From Eledone cirrhosa (Eukaryota), in NCBI GenBank assembly GCA_964016885.1, contig OZ024752.1, forward strand, positions 26,164,001-26,228,000: DNA of 64,000 nt, in the 5' to 3' direction. The notes under the pieces were generated by a model, which made no database searches, was not told where the DNA came from, and was given only the letters and a program-made list of their open reading frames with translations. Made by a program: the position numbers and the translations under genes. Shown in pieces: positions 36,366-52,159 of the stretch; the first letter of the stretch is position 1; the number at the start of each line of letters is the position of its first letter.

Positions 36366-38155
36366 AATGTAACGTCCAGTTACTTTAGGTTCAACACCAG
36401 AGCTTTTGATTCCAGAGTCGGGTTAGATCAGATCGATACAGATCGAACCTTGAGCTTATCAATATATAATATAGTTCAAGGAGACAACAAACAGAGGTAC
36501 AAAATGTCTTATTAGTTTCACGCTTTATATTAGAAAGAGGAAAGAAAGTTCGACATGCCGGGCTTAAGCCCTTCTTCAGGGGTACAAAATAGAGACAGGA
36601 TCACAATGGAGAAACAGAAAAAGGTCGGAGTAACAAAAAAAAAATGAAGAGTGAAAACAAACATCCGAAAGGTAGTCTAAGTAACGAGTTGGAACGCAAG
36701 GTGGTGTGTGTGTATTAGTATCGTTATATGTATGTATGTATATATGTGTATATATGAAAACTGAATTAGAAGATTTCGCCATATTTTTCACTAAATAAAA
36801 TCATCTAATAATTGGGCCTATAAGACCAATGAACGAAAAGAAAAAGAAAATTGGCCATCAGCGCAAATGAAGGTCGAACATACACCCCTTGTTTGTCGAA
36901 CAAGTGCGCAACCATTTACACCAGTCCGGGAAATAAGATGAGTGGATTCGATCCCTATGTGCACTGATGCCCATCCTTTCTGGTCAGTGGGCTTATTCGT
37001 CAGTTATTAAACTATTTTACTTTATAATTCAATTTCTATTCAAAATATAACGAAACGTGATGAACGAACAAAATTCCTCATCAGCCACTCCCTGATCAAT
37101 GTAATTCCGTGCACATTCCGTGCAGAGTATTGAGCCCGAATTAAACGACGTCTTCGACAAGCCGCTGGAAAGATTGATAGAACACAACACAACACCACAG
37201 TGACGTAGGAAAACAACGGACTTTGTTTCGACAGGGACAGCAAAAGAATTACGTAAACAAGAATAAAAATGCTTACGACTGGAAACAGGATTTGACGCAG
37301 ACAATTTGTGTAAATGGTAACGCAAGAACGGGTGAATATAAATAAACTTTTGTCAAAAACGAGGAGAGAGAGAGATTTATCAAACTGGTAAGTAAACAGT
37401 TAGTTAATCGGAGAAAGAGTGGGTAGCATCACTGTAGCATTAAATATCGAAGTGGCACACGAAAAAAAAACGAAACACATGGAACGAACTAACAAAAGCA
37501 CTCGTCTTCTTGGTCAGCCACTTATTGGCTATGCATTTTCGTGCATAAAGGTGAGATTGTCAACTATTAAACCTAGGCTGCACGAAGGCTTGAACAAGCT
37601 GCCGCAAACATGCATGTGAGGCAACACAACAATATAAAGACAGGGGAAAAACGACGACACAAATCTGAAACATTTGTAATGGTTATTTTAAATATTTTTT
37701 TAGTATTCTAAGACTTTTATTCATTTTAGTGCATGTAGTATCTGACTAAATGTAAACTTACTGCAGAAAATTAAATTTAGAACTGTAGAAAATTAGATTT
37801 AGAACTACACAAGCATGGGTCAATTTCACGTTAAAATAATCACAGAAGAACAATAGGCTTAGATATAATTTGTAATATTGAATCTGAAAACTGTTTCTAA
37901 TTCTGAAATTACCACCCGTTACTTTCACTGACTCTTTGAAGGTGGTGTTTTTATATACCAAATGTAAATATAAATGTAAAACAGAATAAATGTTTGTTGC
38001 GTTTTAAAAACATTCCTTGTAACAACTCAGTTCTTCAATTAAAATTCAATAATGCTTTACACACATTTGCTTAATCATACACACACAGATATATATATAT
38101 AGTGAAAAATGGAACGTGAACAAAACAGAGAGGCAGTACGAACAAAGGTTTATTA

Positions 38156-38204
<49 letters not shown>

Positions 38205-38219
<15 letters not shown>

Positions 38220-38319
38220 ATACTTGGAGAGGGTCATATTGTTGTAATAATATTGCCAGAAATAATAACAGAACACACTCACTGTTTGGTTGGTTTTCGC
38301 TTCGGTATCTTTTATATCT

Positions 38320-38323
<4 letters not shown>
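38205..38323. repeat. Dispersed (TA)n-associated repeat; reverse-complement copy at 44512-44620
   Basis: Direct sequence match between the two sites. Confidence 0.75.
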
Positions 38324-38365
<42 letters not shown>

Positions 38366-38555
38366 TAAGTATAAATCGAAGTTGTAGCTACAGTGGGGCA
38401 GATACCAATTGAATTGTTTGAGGTGGTTACGAAGCACTCAATGATGTGAAAGGTTAATACTTTTTCGTTCAAAGTAAATACTTACTCGCACACACACAGA
38501 TATTAAACAATTTATTTCACTCACTTGCTCGTCACTATATATATAAATAATTTTG

Positions 38556-38603
<48 letters not shown>

Positions 38604-39103
38604 TGTGTGTGTGTGTGGCGAAATGATCGTACCGTTACATATATATATATTATAACGACGAATTGGCTAAGTCGTTAGAACATCGCAATAAATTCATTGG
38701 CATTAATTCCGAACCTCCGCGATCTAAGTTCAAAACCCATCGCATTCAACTTTGTCTTTCATCATTTTGTAGTCGATAAAACAAAGTTACCAACCGGGAG
38801 CTGTGGATTCACGGAGTTGTTTAAAATGTTGGACGAGCTGCTTTGTGTTATTTGTTCCGGTTCTGTGCGTTCAAATCCTACTTCTTCTCCAGCAGGTTGG
38901 TCTCTATTTGGGAAATAATTGATCTAAAAAAAGCTAAGATGTATATCCTCAAGTTCCAATAGAAATATTTTCATGACGTTTTATATTCTGCTATTGACTG
39001 AAATAACGATAAGAAGAATATCTGTTATTTCGGCTTTAAATACTGCATATGTAGGTATCATTGGGATATTCTTTGGCTTTTTGTTGTGTCTAAGCCCATC
39101 ATA

Positions 39104-39297
39104 TCATCATCATCATCATCATCATTTTACATCCGCTTTTCGCTGCTTGCAAGGGTGAGACGGGTCCTATTCAGCACAGCATCTCTCCACTTGCCACGGT
39201 CCTTCGTATCTTCTCCGTGAGTTTCAGCGATCTGAGGTCTGCTCTCACCACCTCCGACCATATTTTTCGTGGTCTTCCTCTACTGCGTTTTCCTTCA
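39104..39297 (-). mobile_element. RTE-like LINE 3' end with a (GAT)n tail; same terminus at 44264-44316
   Basis: Minus translation EGKRSRGRPRKIWSEVVRADL. The shared end is (CAT)n-TTTACRTCCG on plus. Confidence 0.7.
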
Positions 39298-39457
39298 TAT
39301 ATGGCAGCGAATTGGAAGAGTCGTTTGCATGTCGAATAGAATATTTTGAGGCGTTCGTTTCGGCTCTATGAGCTCTTTCAGTTCAAATAGCACCGAAGTC
39401 AATTTCGCTTTTCATCCTTTCAAGATCGCTGAAAAAAATGTATCAGTACCGAGTTAG

Positions 39458-39503
<46 letters not shown>

Positions 39504-39669
39504 TCTTTCCACCCCACCCCACCCCCTCTCTCCCTCTCTCTCATTTCTCTGGAAGAAATCTGGAGAGGAGATGGGTTTCGCCAGGTTTTAAATTCTCATG
39601 ACGAGTCGTATCTCAGTATGGCATCGTTACGACTCGATCAGGAATTACGGGTCCATCCACCCATCCATC

Positions 39670-39714
<45 letters not shown>

Positions 39715-39718
39715 CCAT

Positions 39719-39753
<35 letters not shown>

Positions 39754-41289
39754 TACATATATACATACATACATACATACATACATACATACATACATAC
39801 ATACATACATACATACATACATACATAGAGGCCTAACACGCCGACATATTAGCTTTTTTCATTCGTAGTGAAAATAAAAGATTTTCCTTTCAAATATGGT
39901 GTAAGTAGCATACGACTTCCTTTTCCAGGGGAGATAGATTATCATCGAGATCTCTCAACTGCCCTGGTGTTGAATTCCAGCAATAAAAAGAAAACAGCTG
40001 TTTCAACTCCCAGCTTCTATTCTTCTGTGTTTCTCAAAGAATTCTCAATTAGATGGTTCAAAACCTTCAAAGAAAATTTTCTGAATTCCTCAAAGAAAGC
40101 TCAGTGGAGTCGTCCCGCTCTACGATTCAATCCAAATATTCGGAATTTCTCTATTTGCTTCATTTAGTGGTTTAACTCTCAAGTTTAATTTGTTCTATAT
40201 TTCTTGAAGAATGTTCAAACGGCAGGATCATTCTACTCGCATTTCCCTAAAGAAAGTTCAGAGGAATGACTCAGCTGTCCTATTTTAATCAAATTTTCTT
40301 TACTGAAATACAGTCTGATTGAATACTACAACGTTCAGCATTCAATATAAATGATCTAAGTTTATATTGATTTCTAATTTAGGCACAACAAATTGGAAGA
40401 AAGGTAAAGTAGATTAAATCAACTTCCGTACATGGCTGCTACTCTATTTCATCGACCCAGTAAGGATTAAAGGCAAAATTTACCACGGCGAGGTTTAAAC
40501 ACAGAGAGTAGAGTGCTGAAATGAATATTGTAAAGCATTCTGTCTAGATAGGTTTGTGGTCGAGCCTGTGCCAATGGAGACATCCGGCGTTTTTTGGTCC
40601 CCGGACCACGTCCCTAATAACTGCTATCGGGGTGGAGTTGGTTAGCCTCAAGAGCGATCCTCCGCGAGTTGAAGTGGCTGTTCCAGCACGTCTACCTCGC
40701 CATCCTCCGGGTCAATGACTTCCTTATTTTGTCTGCTGATACCACCAGGCGAACTAACCCTTAAACAGTGAGTTACAAACAATGTGTGATTGTTTTTTGT
40801 CGTCAAAATATATTTATACAAATACTTCAATAGCATTTCAACCGACGGTCTACCGGTTATGCCAACCCACTATCCCTGATCTAATTATATAGTCATTAAT
40901 AGAAACGTAGCTGCGTGTTTTAAATCCAAGACAATGATCTCAACATTTTTTTCCCCAAAATCTCTTAGCTAACGTTTTCAACACGAAATAAATAATTTGA
41001 ATTGCTGACAGCAAGTTGGACCGAAACTGTCACAACAAAAGTGTTGTATGGAGGCTGGTGTGTTAATAAATGAAGTGAGCAACTAGAGTTTTAGGCGGGG
41101 AACTGATACGTCGGGGCAGAAGAAATACACCATCCTCCACACTTCCCAGGGCATTAATCTCTACTTCATATCACGTGACACCACCATACATCGTTTCCGT
41201 TCGTTTTATTTCCCCTTCATATCAGATTCAGACCGAGGCAGAACAATAATTACGTCTACCAATTCCAGAGACTACACATATCAGATAGT

Positions 41290-41309
41290 AAGAAGAAGAA
41301 GAAGAACAA

Positions 41310-41341
<32 letters not shown>

Positions 41342-41720
41342 ACAGCAATAACAACAGCAACAAACAAATAACAACAACTAATAACAACAGCAACAAACAA
41401 ACAACAACAGCAACAATAACAACAACAACAACAACAATAACCACAACTAACAACAACAACAACAGCATCAATAACAAAAACAACAACAGCAACAATAACA
41501 ACAGCAGCAGCAGCAACAATAATAACAACAACAGCAACATCAACAACGACAACAAAAAAAGTGTAGTTCTTTAGTTAGAAGAAGAACAACAACAATAAAA
41601 ATAACAACATACAAACAAGAGCAACAACAACAACAAAAACACGTTTGGGATTCTTTATTAAGAACAACAAACAACAATAACAATAAAAACAACAACGACA
41701 ACACTAACGACAACAAACAC
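41290..41720. repeat. (AAC/AGC/AAT)n trinucleotide tract
   Basis: Directly visible. Confidence 0.9.
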
Positions 41721-41751
41721 AAGTTTGGGTTCTTTATAAAATGAATAGATG

Positions 41752-41781
<30 letters not shown>

Positions 41782-41784
<3 letters not shown>

Positions 41785-42020
41785 CACTCCGTCGGTTACG
41801 ACTACGAGTGTTCCAGTTGATATGATCAACGGAACTGCCTGCTCGTGAAATTAACGTGCAAGTGGCTGAGCATTCCACAAACACGCATACATTTAAGGTA
41901 GTCCTCAGGGAGATTCAGCGTGAGGCAGAATGTGACAAAGTTGGTCCCTTCGAATTACAGGTACAACTCATTTTTTCCAACTAAGTCGACTGGAGCAATA
42001 TGAAATAAAGCATCTTGCAA
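41782..42020 (-). mobile_element. SINE body and 3' part (third family); another copy at 46904-47150
   Basis: Both copies share CTCCGTCGSTTACGAC..GAGTGTTCCARTTGAT..GATCAACGGAAC. Confidence 0.75.
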
Positions 42021-42098
42021 ATGAATATATATATATATAAATATATATATATTTAGAAGAAACCAAAGAACGCTTACATACTCAAACAGTTTTTATTT

Positions 42099-42143
42099 GC
42101 TTACAATGTTTCATCCATACCATTCAGTAGGAATCCTCAGAGC
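42099..42143 (-). ncRNA. Minimal type I hammerhead motif in a PLE-like terminus
   Basis: Minus strand GCT-CTGAGGA-tTCCTAC..GTAtGGAt-GAAA-CATTG-TA-AGC. Confidence 0.7.
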
Positions 42144-42687
42144 TTAATAAACACAGTGCTGAGTATAAGTTCTACAGAGCCTAGTCACGCGAACAATCGG
42201 AATGCAAAATAGGGTAAAGATAGGGAGATCTGAGATGGCGAACAAGGAGGGGTTCATGTTGGGGTTGTTAAACACCACAGCTAAATGCTAGGGCACAAGC
42301 GGATTCCACAAGGTGCAGATATAATTGATGGAACACAAAAGCAAAAGCAAAAGATATAGGCAATGGTTAAAACATAATAAAAAAATAAATAATAATAAAA
42401 TAATAAAATAATAAAATAATAAAATAATAAAATAAAATAATAAAAGATAATAAAAAGATAATATAAAGAGATAAAAAGTAAAAAGGTAAAAAGTTAAAAA
42501 AGTAAAAAATTTAATAAAAATGTTTTTTTTTTAAAAATAAAAACAGGAATAAGAAAAATGATTTAAGCACATAAAGAAGCCAGAGGAATTTAAGCGCTGG
42601 TCCCTACCACAACGAGTGGATAGGATCCCTGTAACTTATAATTATAAAAGCATTAGGAGGTCCTTGCGGTACATCCAGAAATAGAAA

Positions 42688-43065
42688 GTGAACAACACAA
42701 AATATAACTACTCCATTACCTGTGATCCAGAAACCTTTGGTAATGGGGTAGTTATATTTTGTGTTGTTCACATTCTAATATATATATATGTGTGTGTGTG
42801 TGTATGTGTGTGTGTGTGTGCGCGCGTGGGAGTGTGTGTGTGTGTATGTGTGTGTGTGTGTGTGTGTACATACATAATAAACAACACAATATAATTATTC
42901 AATTCCAAAGGTTTCAGGAGACTCGACTATCTTAACAGAAACGTTTCGTAATGGAATAATTATATTGGAATAATTAAGTAGGAATTGGAATTGGAATAAT
43001 TAAGTAGCTCTGTACTACACATAGAGCACTCTTCTTTCCTTTACCTTTTCTACGGAAATACTTAA
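42688..43065. mobile_element. Two fold-backs (42688-42771 and 42872-43065) of the 17416 family
   Basis: GAAACCTTTGGTAATGG and GAAACGTTTCGTAATGG lie at the pivots. The tail is the reverse complement of 17416-17485. Confidence 0.75.
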
Positions 43066-43112
43066 CACACACACACACACACGCGCGCATACACACACAC
43101 ATATATATATAT

Positions 43113-43888
<776 letters not shown>

Positions 43889-43897
43889 ATATATATA

Positions 43898-44021
<124 letters not shown>

Positions 44022-44044
44022 CACTGTATTACAAATTTGCTATA

Positions 44045-44240
44045 AATAGCATTAAGTATAATTAGTTACAAGCAAAATGTACTGGTACTAAGGTTTCGTT
44101 GGGTTATTCACCCAAACTCTTTCAGCCTGTCATACAATTGAAAATGGCCATTTTCAATTGTATGACAGGCTGAATGATTTGGGGTGAATAACCCAACGAA
44201 ACCTTAGTACCAGTACATTTTACTGTCGTAACTAATAATA
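44045..44240. mobile_element. PLE-type fold-back in (TA)n
   Basis: Palindrome centred on TGGCCA (about 44145-44150). The arms contain a CTGAAWGA..GAAA variant. Confidence 0.75.
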
Positions 44241-44614
44241 ATATATATATATATATATATATAATCATCATCATCATCATCATCATCATTTTACGTCCGA
44301 TTTTCCCTGCTTGCATATATATACACACATATAGTTGATAAATGAAACAAAATAAACGCAATACAATACAATAGGAGGGAACATAATACTACCACTGATG
44401 ATGTTGCAGATGTGCAACGAAAGAACTTTGATAGACTATATTTATATATATAAATCTGTAGTTTTAACCGTTGCTTAATCAATGATAAACGTTGATTACC
44501 AAATAAATTAACTATGGAGATATAAAAGATACAGAAGCGAAAACCAACCAAACAGTGAGTGTGTTCTGTTATTATTTTTGGCAATATTACAACAATATGA
44601 CCCTCCCCAAATAT

Positions 44615-44673
<59 letters not shown>

Positions 44674-45607
44674 TATATCAGGATTAAACCAGTTTTAAAC
44701 TAGTTACACCATTATTCATCGGAGTATTCAATACTTGGGATAGTAGAGTACGACTATATTAGAAAAATAGAACAACAAAAAATAAAATTAAACAAATATA
44801 CCTTAAACTCTTTTGTTTTTGTATTTTTGTATTTAATTTAATTGTTTTTATGTGGTTTTTTCTTTGTATTATTTATAACTTTTTATGAAATTGTTTACAA
44901 CTTTTCTCATTTTTTTCTATCTTTATTTAATGGTTTGTTTACATGTATGTGTATATGTATGTATATATGTATGTATGCATGTATGTATATATGTATATAA
45001 GCATGTATGTATGTATATATGAATGTATGTATATATATATATATATATATGTATGTATATATGTATAGTATGCATGTATATATATATGTATATATGTATG
45101 TAAACATGTAAGCATGTCTGTAGGTATGTGTATAAGTGTATATGTTTATATGTATGTATATATATATATATGTGTGTGTATGTAAGTATATATATATATA
45201 TATATGTTTGTGTGTGTGTGTGTATGTGTATGTATGTATATGTATATATATGTATGTATGTGTCTATGTGTGTATGTATGTATGTATATGTGTGCATGTG
45301 AGTGTGTATGTGTTTATGTGTCCGTGCGTATGTGTACGCGCGTGAGTGTGCGTGTGCATGTGTTTTATATATATATATATTTGTTTATTTTTAAGAGATT
45401 TTTTTTACTCACTGAAATATTTAAGATAAGACCTGGAGATTATCTTAATTGAATAATTTCAAGTGGTACCAGTCAGGAATTTTATAACGACAACAACTAC
45501 AACAACAACAACTACAACAACACCAAAAAAGACATCGTCGTCAATGGCAACAGTTAGAGGAAGAGTTAATCAACAGGGATAAAGGAACAGAGATTTGAGA
45601 AAGGTGC

Positions 45608-46570
45608 AGATACACAGGAGGGATCAACTGGGTACACATATGTACATAGGAGGGAACAACTGGGTACACATAGGTACATAGGAGGGAACAACTGGGTACA
45701 CATAGGTACATAGGAGGGATCAACTGGGTACACATAGGTACATAGGAGGGAACAACTGGGTACACATAGGTACACAGGAGGGAACAACTGGGTACATATA
45801 GATACATAGAAGGGAACAACTGGGTACACATAGGTACATAGAAGGGAACAACTGGGTACACATAGGTACATAGAAGGGAACAACTAGGTATACATAGATA
45901 TTCAGGAGGGAACAACTGGGTACACATAGATACACAGGAGGGAACAATTGGGTACACATAGATACATAGGAGGGAACAACTGGATACACATAGGTACATA
46001 GAAGGGAACAACTGGGTACACATAGATACTCAGGAGGGAACAACTGGGAACACATAGATACACAGGAGGGAACAACTGGGAACACATAGATACACAGGAG
46101 GGAACAATTGGGTACATATAGATACATAGGAGGGAACAACTGGATACACATAGGTACATAGAAGGGACCAACTAGGTACACATAGGTACATAGAAGGGAA
46201 CAACTGGGTACACATAGATACTCAGGAGGGAACAACTGGGAACACATAGATACTCAGGAGGGAACAACTGGGAACACATAGATACACAGGAGGGAACAAT
46301 TGGGTACACATAGATACACAGGAGGTAACAACTCGGTACACATAGATACACAGGAGGGAACAACTGGGAACACATAGGTACATAGAAGGGAACAACTGAG
46401 TACACATAGGTACATAGAAGGGAACAACTGGGTACACATAGGTACACAGGAGGGAACAACTGGGTACACATAGGTACATAGGAGGGGTCAACTGGGTACA
46501 CATAGGTACACAGAAGGGAACAATTGGGTACACATAGGTACACAGGAGGGAACAATTGGGTACACATAGG
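45608..46570. repeat. 32-bp minisatellite (GGGAACAACTGGGTACACATAGGTACATAGGA), about 30 copies
   Basis: Head-to-tail units with point variants and no spacers. Confidence 0.95.
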
Positions 46571-47188
46571 AACAGACGCGCATTTACACACACACAGAAA
46601 CATACTCACATACAGACAGACACATATTCACACACATATACAGACAAACACAGACTCACACACACACACTCATATACAGACCGACAGAAACACTCACACA
46701 TTTACACACACACATACAGACATATACACACACATACACACATATCGACACAAACAGATATAGGCATACACACATACAGACACATACAGACACATACAGA
46801 CTCACACAAACACATACTTATACACGCACACAGACTCTCATACAAGCACACACACATACACATACATACAGACGCACACAAACACATAGTTACACGTGTT
46901 GGATCTCCGTCGCTTACGACGCCGAGTGTTCCAATTGATTCGATCAACGGAACAGCCTGCGCGTGAATTTTACATACAACTGGCTCAGTATTCCACAGAT
47001 ACATGTACCCTTAATGCGATTCTCAGGGAGATTCATTGTGACCCAGTAAATGAAGTATAAGGTGAGGAATACCGGAGTATCTTGGAATAAAATGTCTTGC
47101 TCGAGGACACAGCACGACACCGGGAATAGAACACATGACTTTACAATCATAAGACTAACAACTAACCGCTAAACATTCTGTGAAAATA

Positions 47189-47388
47189 CGAAGGTTGGCT
47201 TGAAAGTTCATTAGCTGACTAAGATACTCTCATGGAATGACAAAATGAGATTTGTTTTCCAAAATAGTCCCTTGGAAATAAGCAGTGGAATTATTAATAG
47301 GAAAAGTTGAAATTTAATGCATGCAAGATTTCAAAGCTCTAGCATCACTCCATCATAGTAAGCCTATGAACTTTTCAGCCCACTCTCG
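47189..47388. mobile_element. Mariner-type MITE with TA TSD; partial copy at about 49880-50012
   Basis: TA-CGAAGGTTGGCTTGAAAGTTCATTAGCT ... AGCCTATGAACTTTTCAGCCCACTCTCG-TA. Confidence 0.8.
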
Positions 47389-47542
47389 TATACACAGATA
47401 CAAAACTCGCGTGCTCGCACACTAAAGAAAAAACAACTGAAACACACACGTGATATACACAAAGACATATACACACACATACATACACATATATGTACAC
47501 ACACACATATATATATATACACACACATACACATACATACAT

Positions 47543-47574
<32 letters not shown>

Positions 47575-47684
47575 GTGTGTGTGTGTATATTCACACACAC
47601 ATACATACAAACACAAATATATATATATACACACACACAGACACATATATATATTCACACACACACATACATACATACACAAAT

Positions 47685-47726
<42 letters not shown>

Positions 47727-47942
47727 GCACACACACACATGCTCACGTGCTCAAACATTGTCTAGAATGCTGCCATATGTTTTCTAACTAGCAATATCAA
47801 ACTAGACCACACCCATCACTACCACCACATCCACCATTAATTTCTGTTTTCACAACCACACCACATGCAACTGCATCAACTACATAGCCACCATTGACAC
47901 TGTCAGAAATAGCAGCCAAACATCCTTAAAGGTGTATATGTA

Positions 47943-48122
47943 TCGGCAATATCGGTAGAGAGTTGGACGCCATTCTTTGCAGCATAGAGTTACGGCCCTT
48001 TATGATATGAGTTCAAATCCCGCAGAGGTTAACTTTGCCTTTCAACCTTGCGGGATCGATAAAATAAAGTACCAGTAATACACTGGGTAATTGCTGGCCT
48101 TGTGCCAAAAGTAGAAACCATT
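47943..48122 (+). mobile_element. tRNA-derived Nin-type SINE
   Basis: Family match, including the tail CCTTGTGCCAAAAGTAGAAACCATT. Confidence 0.88.
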
Positions 48123-49343
48123 ATATAATGTATATATATGTTGAGACATCACTGTGCTAAGCTGTATCAGCCATTGCCTTTCCCTTGGACAATATATATA
48201 GTGTAATGTATATATGGTGTATAAAGTGTATATATAGTATTATATAATGTATATATATGTTGACACAATAACATAGCCACCATCAACACTATCAGAAATA
48301 GCAGCCAAACATCCACAAAATTTCATCTTGGATAAAATAGTTTTACACAGAATATGTCTGACGAAAGGCTGCGAATTGCCAGAGTGGTCGGAGTGAAAAT
48401 ATCTTGGAATATATTCCGGCTCATTGTGCTTTGTAGTAGAGGCGTGTGGCTGAGTGGTTAGAGAATTGTATTCGCAATCGTGAGGTTGTGAGTTCGATTC
48501 CGGGACCGGGCGATTGCCTTATGTCCTTCAGCAAGACACTTTATTTCACGTTACCCCTTCTACCTGGAGTTGCGACCGATAGATAGTATTAGCAACTGGA
48601 AAGACCAATGGAAAAATTGTTTTAGTCGGTCCGATTTGACGAAGGTCGATCGTTCCTTTACTGTGCTTTGGGTTCAAATCTCGCCGCAGTCAATTCCACC
48701 TTTCGGGGGTCGTTAATTGAAGTAAAAGTATTGGGGTTTGTTTTTCTTTATCACGCAAACACCCACAAACACACACACACACTCTCGCTTTCTCTATCTA
48801 TCTATCTATCTCCCACTCTCACTCTCTCGCTCTTTCTCTGTTTCTCTTTCTCGTTCTCTCTCTCTCTTTCTCTGGAAAAATGGGCTGTTTCGACTTGGAG
48901 AGAGATGGGTTCCACCAAGCTAAAAAATAGCTCAGGGGCACGTTGTCGTGTGTTATGACGGTTCCTCTACGACTCCATTAGGAGTTAAGGACCCTTTTCC
49001 TTTTTTATGTCTGACTAATAGACATGGCGACCAGATCACAACTGTAACGTTCTTGATCATAGGTCTACTCAATCGGGTTTGACCTGGGGTTAAAAAACAT
49101 CCCCATCACACCACAACACAATGTAACAAAGTCAGATAAGGGAGATAAAGAGTGATATGACTGAGTGGTAGCAAGGGGAGGTAAGAAACTAGAGAATCTA
49201 TTAACTTGTTAATATTTATTATACTCCGTATATTTCGTTCATTTTTACCCTTCTCTTTCTTCCTTATCCGGTTGTGTTTCCTTAATATATACAAACCAAA
49301 CACATCTGCATTGTAGCAGCTTCCAAAACATACCTATTTTTAG

Positions 49344-49403
<60 letters not shown>

Positions 49404-50495
49404 TACACATATACACACACTCACACAAACACACATAATATATGTATATACATATATATATATACACTCACACAAACACACATAATATATGTATGTATAT
49501 ACATATATATATATAGAGAGAGAGACAGAGAGAGGAGAAAGAGAGACAGAGAGGAAAAGATATATATATATATGTGTGTATATGTATATATGTGTGTGTG
49601 TATACATATATATATATATATACATGTACATATACATATATACATATACATATACAACATTTACATATATTTATATCTACTAGTTTTCCAAGTAGATATT
49701 TTTGAAAGAATTTTGTATTTGGTGCATCCTAGAAGCATAACACTATTAAGAACTGTGTATTTCTTTCATTAATTCAAAGGATGCCCTCAGAATCCTAGTG
49801 AATATTTGCTATCACGTCATTGGACGAGAGCAAGATTCTAACCATTGTTGGTCGGTTAGTAGCTATACTTGAATGACGACCATCTGAGGTTTATTTTTCA
49901 ACATATTCCCCGGAAAGAAACAATGCAGTTATTAATAAGAACTGAAATTAATGCATGCAAGATTTCATAGCTTTATTATAGACAGTCTATACACTTTTCA
50001 GCCGACCCTTGTATAAATAAATTAAAATCTAAAGAAAGGTCTCACGAAAAATAGTACTGTGAAGGAGAAGTAAGCAAAAACAAGTTAAAACAAAATAATG
50101 TCATTAAGGGGAACAGCTTTTCAGGGAAAGCTTGAAAAAGTTAAAAGGAAACCGTTTGCCTTCTTATGTGTCACAGTAAAAGACTGAGATTCGGAAGACA
50201 TCAAAGCGAAATAAAGATCTGGAATGTTAATCCTGTAGCCATCTTAAATGACTGCGGAATAACTAATCCATATACAAGAAGGCCCAGGACGGAGAAGGAA
50301 GCTATTCTTTCGTTCTTTTACTGCTTTACTTGGTCCAACATGTCTCTTACACGCTACGACGGGCAGAACAGCAGAACAGCAATCGTATTAAGCATAAATA
50401 AATACAATAAAAGTTAATAAAGAAGAGAAAAGAAAAGCCAGTACTAGATCATATAACATCTTTAGCATTATATACATGTATGTATATACATACAT

Positions 50496-50572
<77 letters not shown>

Positions 50573-50615
50573 TATATATATATATGTATATATGTATATA
50601 TATATATATATGTAC

Positions 50616-50708
<93 letters not shown>

Positions 50709-50793
50709 TACACACACAAATATATATATATATAAATATATACATGTATATATATATATATATATACACACAAATATATATATATATAAATAT

Positions 50794-50868
<75 letters not shown>

Positions 50869-51034
50869 AATAATAGGTATACATATATACACACACAATT
50901 TGATTAAATTTATATTTTCATAGATATGTGCTAAATATATATGCATATGTGTGTTTGAATGACTATACATATATATATACATACATATATACATGTATAT
51001 ATATACATATATATATATATACATAAAAATATAA

Positions 51035-51071
<37 letters not shown>

Positions 51072-51114
51072 AAAATATAAATGTATATATATATATATAC
51101 ATACATATATATAT

Positions 51115-51230
<116 letters not shown>

Positions 51231-51270
51231 ATATATATACATGTATATATATATATGTATATATATATAT

Positions 51271-51327
<57 letters not shown>

Positions 51328-51330
<3 letters not shown>

Positions 51331-51875
51331 TGGCTGCCTACTCGTTTTCGAGTACGGCCATTACTTTATACCCATGTAGGAGAACCCCTACCGATGCGCT
51401 GAACGAGTGTGACTTTTTAGTCCAGCCAGCGACTTGAAAACTCTGGTACAAACACTACACTTGTGACAATTATTGACACATAGTGCTGGGCCCATGGTAC
51501 CATAAGTGCAGAAAGATCTCCAGAAATATAGCAATGCCTATGCCGTGAAGCTTTTATAGTGAGCAAAGGTACTGCACAAAGCCAGTCCCACTCTCTTAAC
51601 CAAGATGATATTTACCAAAAAGAAGAACAAGTCGACATCATTGGATACCAACAGAGTTGCAGGTGCTATATCAGAGTTTTCCTTCTCCTAGAATTCTGCC
51701 TTGTCAAAGGCTAAGGGTCATCTCTCCCGGTGATTTTGGATGGTCATTGACTCTTAAGAGCTCCTTTGCCCTTTGACAGGTTTTGTTTTTAGTCCTGCAG
51801 GATATCCAAAGTCACCCTCCTCACCAAGAAACCTTGGTGGGGTTGCCAGTTTAGTCGCCAACGACCCGACCACAG
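51328..51875 (-). mobile_element. Non-autonomous bipartite RTE derivative (5' UTR-like part plus 3' terminus)
   Basis: The 3' end ATGGCCGTACTCGAAAACGAGTAGGCAGCCACC matches the RTE end at 20647. RTE 5'-UTR-like motif CTAGGAGAAGGAAAACTCTGA. No ORF. Confidence 0.65.
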
Positions 51876-52050
51876 TATGTATATATATATATACATACAT
51901 ATATATATATACATAAATGTATACATGTATATATATATATATTCATATATATATATATATACATGTGTATATATATATATATATATACATGTGTGTATAT
52001 ATATATATACATGTGTGTATATATATATATACATGTGTATATATATATAC

Positions 52051-52126
<76 letters not shown>

Positions 52127-52159
52127 ATACATATATATATATATATATATAATTTTTTA

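Noticed and set aside
36900-38050. Possible host exon or regulatory region in apparently unique sequence
   Set aside because: No recognisable protein motif or convincing exon structure; RNA-seq or conservation data would be needed.
39868-40830. Possible degenerate TE coding fragments (99-aa and 62-aa ORFs)
   Set aside because: No diagnostic motifs were recognised.
45608-46570. 32-bp repeat array as a CRISPR array
   Set aside because: The units are contiguous with no unique spacers, there are no cas genes, and the context is eukaryotic.
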